In this document: piece after piece, positions 1 through 7,577 of the stretch
Numbering within the stretch: position 1 is the stretch's first letter
Layout of the letters: every line of letters starts with the position of its first letter
Assembly (NCBI GenBank): GCA_023228745.1
Contig: JALOAP010000001.1
Coordinates: 1 to 27,479 of the forward strand
Length of the DNA: 27,479 nucleotides
Source of the DNA: Dehalococcoidia bacterium
Lineage (GTDB): Bacteria; Chloroflexota; Dehalococcoidia; Tepidiformales; Tepidiformaceae
Direction of reading: 5' to 3'
The notes under the pieces: generated by a model
The model's input: the letters and a program-made list of their open reading frames with translations, nothing else
Told to the model about the DNA's origin: nothing
Databases searched by the model: none
Program-made: the position numbers and the translations under genes

Positions 1-1
1 C

Positions 2-139
2 GCAAACGACGTGGTCGTGCCCGAATACGAGGGCGGCCTCGAGATCATGCGCCAGACGCTCGTGCTGCTCGGCTTCGACTCCGACGAAACGCTCCACCTC
101 GTCCAGGCCGTCCGCGACATCCAGTACGGCGACCGGTAG
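2..139 (+). CDS. 3' end of a gene running in from the left edge; resembles the C-terminal TrkA-N/KTN tail of a CPA2 (Kef-type) cation:proton antiporter
   Basis: Frame 2 reads ANDVVVPEYEGGLEIMRQTLVLLGFDSDETLHLVQAVRDIQYGDR* with GC3-rich codons; the 'VVVPEYEGGLEI' segment recalls CPA2 tails. Confidence 0.55.
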   Translation, partial: ANDVVVPEYEGGLEIMRQTLVLLGFDSDETLHLVQAVRDIQYGDR

Positions 140-172
140 CCGGGGATCGGTAGTCGGTCACCGGCTACGGTC
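131..172. terminator. Inverted repeat spanning two convergent stop codons (candidate bidirectional terminator)
   Basis: GACCGGTAGCCGG (131-143) pairs with CCGGCTACGGTC (161-172) with one bulge; it contains the TAG at 137-139 and the purF stop at 165-167. No clear U-tract. Confidence 0.5.
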
Positions 173-1634
173 TCCCCGCGCGGTTCAGGCTTTCGGCGGC
201 GGCGAGTGCGGGTTCGCGCTGGCGGCGAAGGTCGATCTGATCCATGTGCGGCTGCACGTTGCTCGGGTACTTGCCGGTGAAGCAGGCGTTGCAGAGCTCG
301 TTCTCCGGCTGCCCGATGGCCGCCACGAGCCCGTCGAGGCTGAGGTAGCCGAGGCTGTCGGCGCCGATGTGCTCGCCGATCTCCTCGACGCTCTTGTTCG
401 CGGCGATGAGCTCCGACTTCGTGGCCATGTCTACCCCGAAGAAGCACGGCGAGACAATAGGCGGCGCCGTGATGCGCATGTGCACTTCGGTGGCGCCGGC
501 ACGCCGCAGCAGGCCGATCACGCGCGGCGTCGTTGTACCCCGCACAATGCTGTCGTCCACAACGATCACGCGTTTGCCGCGCACAACGTCGGAGAGGACG
601 TTGAACTTCAGGCTCACGCCTGCTTCGCGGATGCGCTGGTCGGGCTGGATGAAGGTGCGCCCAACGTAGCGGTTCTTCACGAAGCCTTCGCGGTAGGGGA
701 TCCCGGCAGCACGGGCGTAGCCGATGGCGGCGGGCGTTGCTGAGTCGGGCACACCGATGACGATGTCGCCATCGACGCCGTGCTCGCGTGCGAGCTGTGC
801 GCCCATCTCTTCGCGCACGGGGTAAAGCAAACGCCCTGACAGGCGGCTGTCGGGGCGTGCGAAGTAGATGTATTCGAAGGTGCAGGCTGCGTGCACGGGA
901 GCTGGCGCAACGGGTGAGAAATGGCGAAGCCCATCGGCGTCCACCTGGATAACCTCGCCCGGGCGCACTTCGCGCTCCATAGCGACGCCAAGGTGTTCGA
1001 GCGCACACGACTCGGATGCGATGACCCAGCCGTTGCCCATGCGGCCGATGCAGAGTGGCCGCACGCCGAGCGGGTCGCGCACGCCGAAGAGGTGGTCCTT
1101 CGTCATGATCACGAGGCTGTAGGCCCCTTCGCAGCGGCGCATGACGTAGTGGAAGCGCTCCTCCCATGTCGCGCCGGGAGCGCGCGCCAACAGGTGCGCG
1201 ATGATCTCGGAGTCGGCGTTGGACTGGAATTCGACGCCCTGTGCTTCGAGGTCTTCGCGCAGGACAGCAGCGTTCGTCAGGTTGCCATTGTGCGCGAGGG
1301 CGATCTCGTCGCCCGTTTCACGGTCGTTGACGACGATCGGCTGGGCGTTGCAGGCGAGCGAGCCGCCGGCGGTGCTGTAGCGCGTGTGGCCGATGGCGAT
1401 GTCCCCGCGCAGAAAGGCGAGGTCTTCTTCGTCGAATACCTGGGAGACGAGGCCCATGCCCGTGCGGAGGGTGAAGTTGCCTGAGCCGTCGTTGGTCGCA
1501 ATCCCGGCGCTTTCCTGGCCGCGATGCTGAAGTGCGTAGAGACCGTAGAAGGTGAGTCGAGCTACATCTTCGCCGGGTCCGAAGACCCCGAAGACGCCAC
1601 AAGCTTCGCGGGGGTTGTCCGAATCGGGAATCAC
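165..1634 (-). CDS. purF: Amidophosphoribosyltransferase
   Basis: Propeptide plus N-terminal nucleophile Cys (REACGVFG), LQHRGQESAG, GHTRYST, AHNGNL, FEYIYFARPDS and the PRT motif VIVVDDSIVRGTT. Likely start is GTG at 1634 (GGGAGG upstream), not the ORF-track start at 1841. Confidence 0.97.
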   Translation of the reverse strand: MIPDSDNPREACGVFGVFGPGEDVARLTFYGLYALQHRGQESAGIATNDGSGNFTLRTGMGLVSQVFDEEDLAFLRGDIAIGHTRYSTAGGSLACNAQPIVVNDRETGDEIALAHNGNLTNAAVLREDLEAQGVEFQSNADSEIIAHLLARAPGATWEERFHYVMRRCEGAYSLVIMTKDHLFGVRDPLGVRPLCIGRMGNGWVIASESCALEHLGVAMEREVRPGEVIQVDADGLRHFSPVAPAPVHAACTFEYIYFARPDSRLSGRLLYPVREEMGAQLAREHGVDGDIVIGVPDSATPAAIGYARAAGIPYREGFVKNRYVGRTFIQPDQRIREAGVSLKFNVLSDVVRGKRVIVVDDSIVRGTTTPRVIGLLRRAGATEVHMRITAPPIVSPCFFGVDMATKSELIAANKSVEEIGEHIGADSLGYLSLDGLVAAIGQPENELCNACFTGKYPSNVQPHMDQIDLRRQREPALAAAESLNRAGRP

Positions 1635-1681
1635 AGCGGCGGGCGGGCCTCCCTGGCTGGGTGGGCGAGCGGGACAGTTCA

Positions 1682-1687
1682 AGTATA
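1682..1687 (-). promoter_or_regulatory. Candidate -10 box (TATACT) of purF
   Basis: TATACT on the minus strand, 47 nt upstream of the GTG start, between the palindrome and the SD. Confidence 0.5.
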
Positions 1688-1733
1688 TGGCGCGCGCCGA
1701 GCCCGGGGCAAAGAAGGCGAAAGAAGGGGAAAC

Positions 1734-1841
1734 GAGGTATGAAGCATGAGGCATGAGGCGTGAGCCCTGCGCCGGTTCCGCGTGCTTCGCGAAGCGCGGT
1801 GCGTCAGCGCAGGGCTCACGCCTTTCGCTTTCGCCTTTCAC
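1734..1841. repeat. Heptamer-armed palindrome with a 17-bp perfect inverted repeat
   Basis: GAGGTAT-GAAGCAT-GAGGCAT-GAGGCGT-GAGCCCT (1734-1768); AGGCGTGAGCCCTGCGC (1756-1772) is the exact reverse complement of 1807-1823. Confidence 0.85.
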
Positions 1842-2453
1842 CTACCCCGGGTACGGCCTCCCGCCCGGGCAGTAGCCGGTGCTCAGGACGCTGGCGGTCG
1901 TCCAGGCGCTCCAGTTCGCGCCGCCGCCGGAGATGCGGACTGCGGCGGCGACGTTGCCGGCAGGGTCGTAGGTGGAGTCGGGGTGCCAGCGCGGGTGGAT
2001 CTGGAAGTAGCCGCGCTCACCCTCTGCGCCGGTGGTGTTCGGGTTCCAGTTGCTTTCGCAGTAGGAAATCATGCAGCCGGCTTGCCCAAGCGCGGACGAG
2101 ATGACTTCCGGACAGCTACTGGATGTCGCGTAGACCTGGGGAGGAGGTGGTGGGGGAGGGGGAGCAGTGCGGGCAGGCTGCGGAGGTGGCGGAGGAGGCG
2201 GAGGAGGAGGTGGTGTGGGTGTCGGAGTGGGTGCAGCGGTCGGCAGGCCATAGGCCGCCACCACGGCGGGCGGGCTCGAATCTCCGCCCGCGCCGAAGAC
2301 GAAGACGGGCTGGGGCGTCGGAGTGGCGTAGTCGATGGCGACGGTGGCGCCGGTGCCGGGGTCGGTTCCGCACGCCGCGAGCGAGGGGACGAGCAGTGCG
2401 CTGCCGACAAGCCAAGCAGCGGCCCGGCCCTGGTATTTCAGTGCCTTTTTCAT
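1842..2453 (-). CDS. Lipoprotein with poly-Pro linker and C-terminal lysozyme-like (lytic transglycosylase/Rpf-like) domain
   Basis: Signal peptide with lipobox LAAC, PTPTPTPPPPPPPPPPP linker, then CES (catalytic-Glu-like) and GYFQI motifs; GAGG SD. Confidence 0.75.
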   Translation of the reverse strand: MKKALKYQGRAAAWLVGSALLVPSLAACGTDPGTGATVAIDYATPTPQPVFVFGAGGDSSPPAVVAAYGLPTAAPTPTPTPPPPPPPPPPPQPARTAPPPPPPPPQVYATSSSCPEVISSALGQAGCMISYCESNWNPNTTGAEGERGYFQIHPRWHPDSTYDPAGNVAAAVRISGGGANWSAWTTASVLSTGYCPGGRPYPG

Positions 2454-2651
2454 GGTTACCTCAGGACGATTTGGGGTGGTGTTTCGGGCGGCCCGGACAG
2501 GAAAGCCGAGCCTCTCTTGCTCCTCTAGCTCTTGCGAGTATCCGCATCTCCGATTGGCACCGTAATACCGTTTCCCCTAAGGAATAGTGCGAAATGCTGC
2601 ATTTAGCGCTTTCGAAACTGTTCCTACATATGTGTTGCGGTCCCGGACGAG

Positions 2652-2765
2652 TTGCCAGTTGCCAGTTGCCAGTCGCCAGTCGTCAGTCGCCAGCTGCCAG
2701 CGGGAGAGCTACCGGTCGCCTGGGCTTGACGCGGGCTCTGATAGCTGGCGACTGGCCGCTGGCCC
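2652..2765. repeat. Heptamer tandem array with an inverted heptamer arm
   Basis: Seven units TTGCCAG x3, TCGCCAG, TCGTCAG, TCGCCAG, CTGCCAG (2652-2700) and four inverted units CTGATAG, CTGGCGA, CTGGCCG, CTGGCCC (2738-2765). Confidence 0.9.
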
Positions 2766-2766
2766 G

Positions 2767-3369
2767 CTACCCCTTGCCCATCATCGCTGTGTGGATGCCG
2801 GTGACCTTTTCCGGGGGGAGGTGGCTGACGTCCGCCGCCTTGAGCAGCGAGAACTTGCCCTGTTCGAACGCGAGCGAGGTGATCGACGTGTTCGCCATGG
2901 GCACGGGTACCACGCGGTCGTCGCCCAGCGCTTCGCCGATGGCGACGCCGATCGCGATGTAGTGCGATACGGCGACAACGTCGCGGCCGGCATCGTGAGC
3001 CTCTGCTGCGAGCTCTCGGAGGCAGGCGACCACCTGCTCGCGCCATGCACGGAGGGTGTCGGGCTGGTCCGGCCAGCGGCCCGCCATGAACGGACCGATC
3101 ATCGCGCGGCGCTGCTCGACAGGCATCGAGGCGTCGAACACCTCGGCGACTTCGGCGCGCACGACGGTGTCGCAGGCGAGCGCTTCGGCGATGGGCACGC
3201 TGGTTTCGCGTGTGCGGCGGAGCGGCGATGTAATCACGCGCTGGACGTTCACCGCCTGGAGGAAGTCTGCCGCGTGGCGGGCCTGTTCGTGGCCGAGGGG
3301 ATCGAGCCCCGGGTCGAGATCGTCGACGCCCGCAGCGGCCAAACCGTGCCGGACGAGGTAGAGGGTCAT
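2767..3369 (-). CDS. Histidine phosphatase (phosphoglycerate-mutase-like) family protein
   Basis: LYLVRHG, SPLRRTRET and VSH motifs. Confidence 0.9.
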   Translation of the reverse strand: MTLYLVRHGLAAAGVDDLDPGLDPLGHEQARHAADFLQAVNVQRVITSPLRRTRETSVPIAEALACDTVVRAEVAEVFDASMPVEQRRAMIGPFMAGRWPDQPDTLRAWREQVVACLRELAAEAHDAGRDVVAVSHYIAIGVAIGEALGDDRVVPVPMANTSITSLAFEQGKFSLLKAADVSHLPPEKVTGIHTAMMGKG

Positions 3370-3430
3370 GTTGCATTGTCCTGGGTGGGTGGTGCCCCAA
3401 GCCTACGGGGCCAGCGTGACCGACGGAAGC

Positions 3431-3838
3431 TCACCCTGCACCCTGCTGGCTGCGCTCGGGGAAGATCGCGAACGTCCCGAGTGCCTTCGCAACGAGTCGC
3501 TCGCCGTTGCGCAGCTCCGATTCGAGCACGGCAATGCGGCGGCCCTTGCTGATAAGCCTCGTCTCACAGTCCACCACGCCTTCCACCACCGGCGCGATGT
3601 AGACCATCTTGATTTCGACGGTCGCGCACGACTCGCTCTCATCAAGGCGGCTGTAGACGGCCGAGCCCATGCCCTGGTCGGCGAGGGCGTAGAGTGCCGC
3701 GCCGTGCAGGACACCGTGCGGGTTGAGGACCTCCGGGCGAACGGTCAGCCGGCAGCGGCTGAAGCCTGTGGCGCGCTCGTACATGTCGATGCCGAGCAAG
3801 GGGCCGAGGCCACGGTCCACGCCTGGTGTCTTCGCCAT
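3431..3838 (-). CDS. PaaI-family hotdog-fold thioesterase
   Basis: NPHGVLHGAALYALADQGMG motif and ATVEIKMVYIAP; start ATG at 3838 has a GGAGG SD; TGnTACATT extended -10 upstream. Confidence 0.9.
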   Translation of the reverse strand: MAKTPGVDRGLGPLLGIDMYERATGFSRCRLTVRPEVLNPHGVLHGAALYALADQGMGSAVYSRLDESESCATVEIKMVYIAPVVEGVVDCETRLISKGRRIAVLESELRNGERLVAKALGTFAIFPERSQQGAG

Positions 3839-3904
3839 GCGACCCTCCGGGGATTGCGGGTGTGAAATGTAGCAGCCCGGGTGCCCCGTGGCTCGCAAAA
3901 GCGA

Positions 3905-5626
3905 TCAGGCCACGCGTTCGGGCTCCCGGGCCGGTTCCTCGCGCTCTTCGCGCGGGCCTTCGATCGCGGCGAGTGCGCACTTCGTATGTTCGAACACGTT
4001 GTCGCGCCCGAGCTTGTCGATCAGCCCAAAGCGTTCGAGCACCGGGTAGATGTCCACCTGGATGGCGGTCAGTACGATACGGCTGCCGTGCTGCCGGCGC
4101 TGTTCGATGATCGCTTCCAGTGTCAGCAGGCCCGACGTGTCGATGTGGTGGACGTCCTTCATTCGCAGGATGAGCGGGCGCTGTGTGGCGGCATCGCTGA
4201 TTTCGCTTTCGAACGCGGCGCTGCTGTGGAACGAAATCAGCCCCCGGGCCGAGTAGACCGCTACGTCGGGCCGGCCCTGGATGAGCGATGCGAGCTCTGG
4301 TGAAACCCGCGGGACACGGCCGGCTTCGTCGGGCCGCAGTTCCTCCGTCGCGGGCACCTGCACCAGCCGCCGGATGAGCAGAATCGCGGAGACGAGTACG
4401 CCGAATCCCACCGCGTAGGAAAGGTCGAAGAAGAGCGTGATGCCCATCGTCGAGGTCAGGACGAGCAGGTCCTCGCGCGGGGCCGTGCGCAGCAGCCGCA
4501 CGATCTCCGGTGCGTCGGCGATGTTCCAGGCGACGACGAGCAGGATGGCGGCGAGCGTTGTCAGCGGGATACTCCCGGCGAGCCCGCCGAGCGCGAGGGT
4601 CGCCACCAGCACGGTCAACGCATGGAAGACGCCTGTGAGGCGGGAGGTGGCGCCACTTCGCACGCCCGCACCGGTGCGGGCGATCGCTGCCGTGGCGGGG
4701 ATGCCACCCATGATCGGCGACACGAGGTTCGCGAGCCCCTGCCCGAAGAGTTCCTTGTTCGGGTTGTGGCGGACCTTTGCCCCGGCCATGCCGTCCGCCA
4801 CCACGGCGCTGAGCAACGACTCGACCGACCCCAGCACCGCGATCGAGACCGCGACGGGCAGCAGGTCGAAGGCGATGGAAGCGTCGAAGATGTTGAACGT
4901 GGGCTTCGGGAGGCCGCTGGGGAGTGCGCCGTAGCGGCTCGCGAGCGTCGGTGTGGGGACATCGAACGCCCAGACCAGCAGAGTCACGATGACGACGGCG
5001 GCCAGCGGTGCGGGGATGCGCCGCAATGCATGGACCTTCGCCCAGCCGATGAGGATGGCGAGCGAGAGCAGCCCCACGGCCGGAGTTGTGAAGCCGACCG
5101 TGTGAAGCTGGCTCAGGGTGTTGTAGGTCTTCTGATGGAAGTGCTCGAGGTCCGGGTTCGTCCCGGTGACGTCGAGAAAGTTGTTGAGCTGTCCGAAGGC
5201 GATGGAGAGCGCAATGCCGGCGGTGAACCCGACGATGACCAGCCCGGGCATGTAGCGAATGAGGCGCCCGAAGCGCAGCAAGCTCATGACGATGAGCAAT
5301 ATGCCGGCGAGGATGCCGACGGTCGTCAGCGCTTCCGGGCCGTAGCGGAGCACGGTCGCGCTGAGGATGGGTATCAGTGCCGCTGTGGGCCCGGTGATGT
5401 TGAATTCGGAGCCACCGAAGATCGAAGCCACGCCGCCCGCGAACACCGCCGTGTAGAGCCCCGCAATCGGCGGGGCCCCAACGGCAACGGCCAGGGCAAT
5501 GGACAGCGGCAGGGCGATGATGCCGACCACGAGGCCGGCGATCGCGTTGCGCCGCACTTCCTCCAGTGACATGGAGGACCACGCCGCGCGCGGAGGCGCG
5601 AGGAAACGAGTCATGTATGTGTTCAC
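3905..5626 (-). CDS. SulP/SLC26-family anion transporter with C-terminal STAS domain
   Basis: AGLVVGIIALPLSIALA, GLYTA, ITGPTAA, GGIPATAAIARTG and the STAS motif IDTSGLLTL. Start is 5626 (GTG) or 5614 (ATG). Confidence 0.93.
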   Translation of the reverse strand: MNTYMTRFLAPPRAAWSSMSLEEVRRNAIAGLVVGIIALPLSIALAVAVGAPPIAGLYTAVFAGGVASIFGGSEFNITGPTAALIPILSATVLRYGPEALTTVGILAGILLIVMSLLRFGRLIRYMPGLVIVGFTAGIALSIAFGQLNNFLDVTGTNPDLEHFHQKTYNTLSQLHTVGFTTPAVGLLSLAILIGWAKVHALRRIPAPLAAVVIVTLLVWAFDVPTPTLASRYGALPSGLPKPTFNIFDASIAFDLLPVAVSIAVLGSVESLLSAVVADGMAGAKVRHNPNKELFGQGLANLVSPIMGGIPATAAIARTGAGVRSGATSRLTGVFHALTVLVATLALGGLAGSIPLTTLAAILLVVAWNIADAPEIVRLLRTAPREDLLVLTSTMGITLFFDLSYAVGFGVLVSAILLIRRLVQVPATEELRPDEAGRVPRVSPELASLIQGRPDVAVYSARGLISFHSSAAFESEISDAATQRPLILRMKDVHHIDTSGLLTLEAIIEQRRQHGSRIVLTAIQVDIYPVLERFGLIDKLGRDNVFEHTKCALAAIEGPREEREEPAREPERVA

Positions 5627-5696
5627 CAGGTAGGGGTTGCGTCCTTAGTCCGGGGTGGCGAGGCGGCCGTCGCCTACAAGCGACCCGGGACTACGC

Positions 5697-5735
5697 TTCA
5701 TTTGTATCTTGGAATATAATAATCTATTGTGCAAG
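5697..5735. promoter_or_regulatory. AT-rich divergent promoter region with an imperfect palindrome (candidate ArsR operator)
   Basis: AATATAATAATCTATT (5713-5728) is self-complementary at 12/16 positions and contains TATAAT (5715-5720); it lies between the divergent sulP and arsR genes. Confidence 0.5.
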
Positions 5736-5767
5736 CTCCTCGGCCACCGGGTACCATGGGAGGTGCC

Positions 5768-6085
5768 ATGACGCTCCAGGACTTCAAAGCCGACCTCTTC
5801 CGCTCGCTCGGCAATCCCATCCGCATCCGCATCCTCGAGGTGCTCCGTGCGGCCGGGAGCCTGACCGTGGGGGAGATCCAGCAGCGTGTTGGCGCCGAGC
5901 AGTCGAACGTCTCCCAGCACCTGACCGTGCTGCGCACCCGTGGCCTCGTCGAGACCCGGCGCGAGGGCACGAGCATCTGGTACCGCGTGAGCCAGCCGGC
6001 TGTCTTCGAACTGCTGGACGTGGCGCGCCACATCTTCGACGCCCAGCTCGCCGCCCAATCGCGCCTCGCCAACTCCGCGCATTGA
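5768..6085 (+). CDS. ArsR/SmtB-family transcriptional regulator
   Basis: LFRSLGNPIRIRIL, SNVSQHLTVLR, GLVETRREG...YRV; ATG at 5768 has a GGAGG SD. Confidence 0.92.
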   Translation: MTLQDFKADLFRSLGNPIRIRILEVLRAAGSLTVGEIQQRVGAEQSNVSQHLTVLRTRGLVETRREGTSIWYRVSQPAVFELLDVARHIFDAQLAAQSRLANSAH

Positions 6086-6153
6086 TCTGACGGTCGCCAG
6101 CGGCTGGCGGCTGCTAAAGTACGCCACCGGGTTTCGCCCGGCGGAGCGTCTGC

Positions 6154-7497
6154 ATGGCATTCCTGCAATTCCCGGAGGGCTTTCAGTGGGGCGCCGCGAC
6201 CGCCGCCTACCAGGTTGAAGGCGCCTACAACGAAGACGACCGCGGCCTTTCGATCTGGGACACCTTCAGCCACCAGCCGGGCATGGTTGAGCGCGGCGAA
6301 ACCGGCGACGTCGCCTGTGACCATTACCATCGCTTCCGCGACGACATCGAGCTGATGGCCCACCTCGGGCTGGGGACCTACCGCTTCTCCGTATCGTGGT
6401 CCCGCGTACAGCCCTTCGGCTACGGTGCAGTGAACGAAAAGGGGCTCGCCTTCTACGATCGGCTGGTAGATGGCCTGATCGAGAAGGGCATCCAGCCCGC
6501 GGTCACGCTCTACCACTGGGACCTGCCACAGGGGCTCCAGGACCTCGGTGGCTGGGCGAACCGCGACACGGCCGAGCGCTTCGCCGAATACGCCGCCCTG
6601 GTCTACGACCGCCTCGGCGACCGCGTGACCCGCTGGATCACCCTGAACGAGCCGATCGTGTTCACGCTCATGGGCCACCTCACAGGGCGTATGGCGCCAG
6701 GCATCCGCGACATCGGCATCACCGCCAGGAGCATCCACCACGCGCTCCTCGCGCACGGCCGCGCCGTCGCGGCATTCCGTGCCAGCGGCCGCACGGGCGA
6801 AATCGGCATTACGAACGCGAACACCAGCTACGAACCCGCCGATGACCGCCCGGAGACACAGCAGGCGGTCGAACTGGCCCGGGACTTCGATAGCCGCCTC
6901 TTCCATGGCCCGGTGTTCGGCCGCGGCTACCCGGAGTCAGTGCTGCGTTACTACGAAGCGAAAGACGCGCCCTTCCCGATCGAGGCCGGCGACCTCGAGG
7001 CGATCGCTGCGCCAACCGATTTCCTCGGGCTGAACCTCTATTCCCGCGCTCGGATCGAGCCAGCGCCCGACCGCGGTGTCGGCTACCGGAACGCGGCGCC
7101 AACGCTGCCGCTCCTGCCGATGGGCTACGAAGCGGCGCCACACGCGCTCGGCGACTTCGTCCGCTGGGTCTCGAAGGAGTACGGCAACCCGCGCATCTAC
7201 ATCACCGAGAACGGCGTCTGCGACAACGCGGAGCCAGGCCCCGATGGCAGGATCGACGACCATGTGCGCGTCGACCTGCTCGGGCAGTTCCTCGCGGGCC
7301 TCCATGGCGCGATCCAAAAGGGGGCCGACGTCCGCGCGTACTACCAGTGGTCACTCATGGACAACTTCGAGTGGGCGTATGGCTACCGCATGCGCTTCGG
7401 CATGGTCCACACCGACTTCGCAACGTTGGAGCGGACGCCGAAGCGCAGCGCCGCGTGGTACAGCGAGGTCATCCGCCGTAACGGCGTCGAGGTGTGA
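6154..7497 (+). CDS. Glycoside hydrolase family 1 beta-glucosidase
   Basis: FQWGAATAAYQVEG, acid/base motif TLNEP, nucleophile motif YITENG, DNFEWAYGY. Confidence 0.95.
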   Translation: MAFLQFPEGFQWGAATAAYQVEGAYNEDDRGLSIWDTFSHQPGMVERGETGDVACDHYHRFRDDIELMAHLGLGTYRFSVSWSRVQPFGYGAVNEKGLAFYDRLVDGLIEKGIQPAVTLYHWDLPQGLQDLGGWANRDTAERFAEYAALVYDRLGDRVTRWITLNEPIVFTLMGHLTGRMAPGIRDIGITARSIHHALLAHGRAVAAFRASGRTGEIGITNANTSYEPADDRPETQQAVELARDFDSRLFHGPVFGRGYPESVLRYYEAKDAPFPIEAGDLEAIAAPTDFLGLNLYSRARIEPAPDRGVGYRNAAPTLPLLPMGYEAAPHALGDFVRWVSKEYGNPRIYITENGVCDNAEPGPDGRIDDHVRVDLLGQFLAGLHGAIQKGADVRAYYQWSLMDNFEWAYGYRMRFGMVHTDFATLERTPKRSAAWYSEVIRRNGVEV

Positions 7498-7502
7498 GGG
7501 AG

Positions 7503-7562
7503 ACCCCAGATCCCCGGCTCAGAAAGCTCCTCTCCTGCTATAGCTGGCGAGGGGTTTGGGGT
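7503..7562. terminator. Imperfect inverted repeat between the convergent GH1 and MFS genes
   Basis: ACCCCAGATCCCC ... GGGGTTTGGGGT brackets most of the 80-nt gap. Confidence 0.35.
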
Positions 7563-7577
7563 GATGGCTGAGGCGCG

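Noticed and set aside
1635-1841. 69-aa N-terminal extension of PurF in the ORF track
   Set aside because: It reads through a palindrome and a candidate promoter; PurF has only a short propeptide before the catalytic Cys, which fits GTG at 1634.
2143-2232. GGA/GGT triplet runs as a contingency-locus microsatellite
   Set aside because: They are mixed Pro codons of the linker; length changes would stay in frame and not switch expression.
2454-2560. c-di-AMP (ydaO) riboswitch upstream of the transglycosylase-like gene
   Set aside because: Only a loose 5' resemblance; the conserved GGGUGAAUC and CCGUCAGCUAAC segments are absent.
2652-2700. CRISPR array or VNTR-encoded peptide
   Set aside because: Units are 7 bp and directly adjacent with no spacers; the ORFs crossing it are repeat-derived; no cas genes are present.
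3642-5582. 646-aa minus-strand ORF and other long Arg/Pro/Ala-rich ORFs (e.g. 13309..14970, 11621..12916, 2587..3552, 20492..21592)
   Set aside because: These are alternative-frame or antisense shadows of real genes, expected at this GC content, with no motifs.
5627-5700. Fluoride riboswitch-like segment upstream of sulP
   Set aside because: GGCGACGG...CCUAC resembles the ends of the motif, but the conserved GAUG and the pseudoknot pairing are missing.
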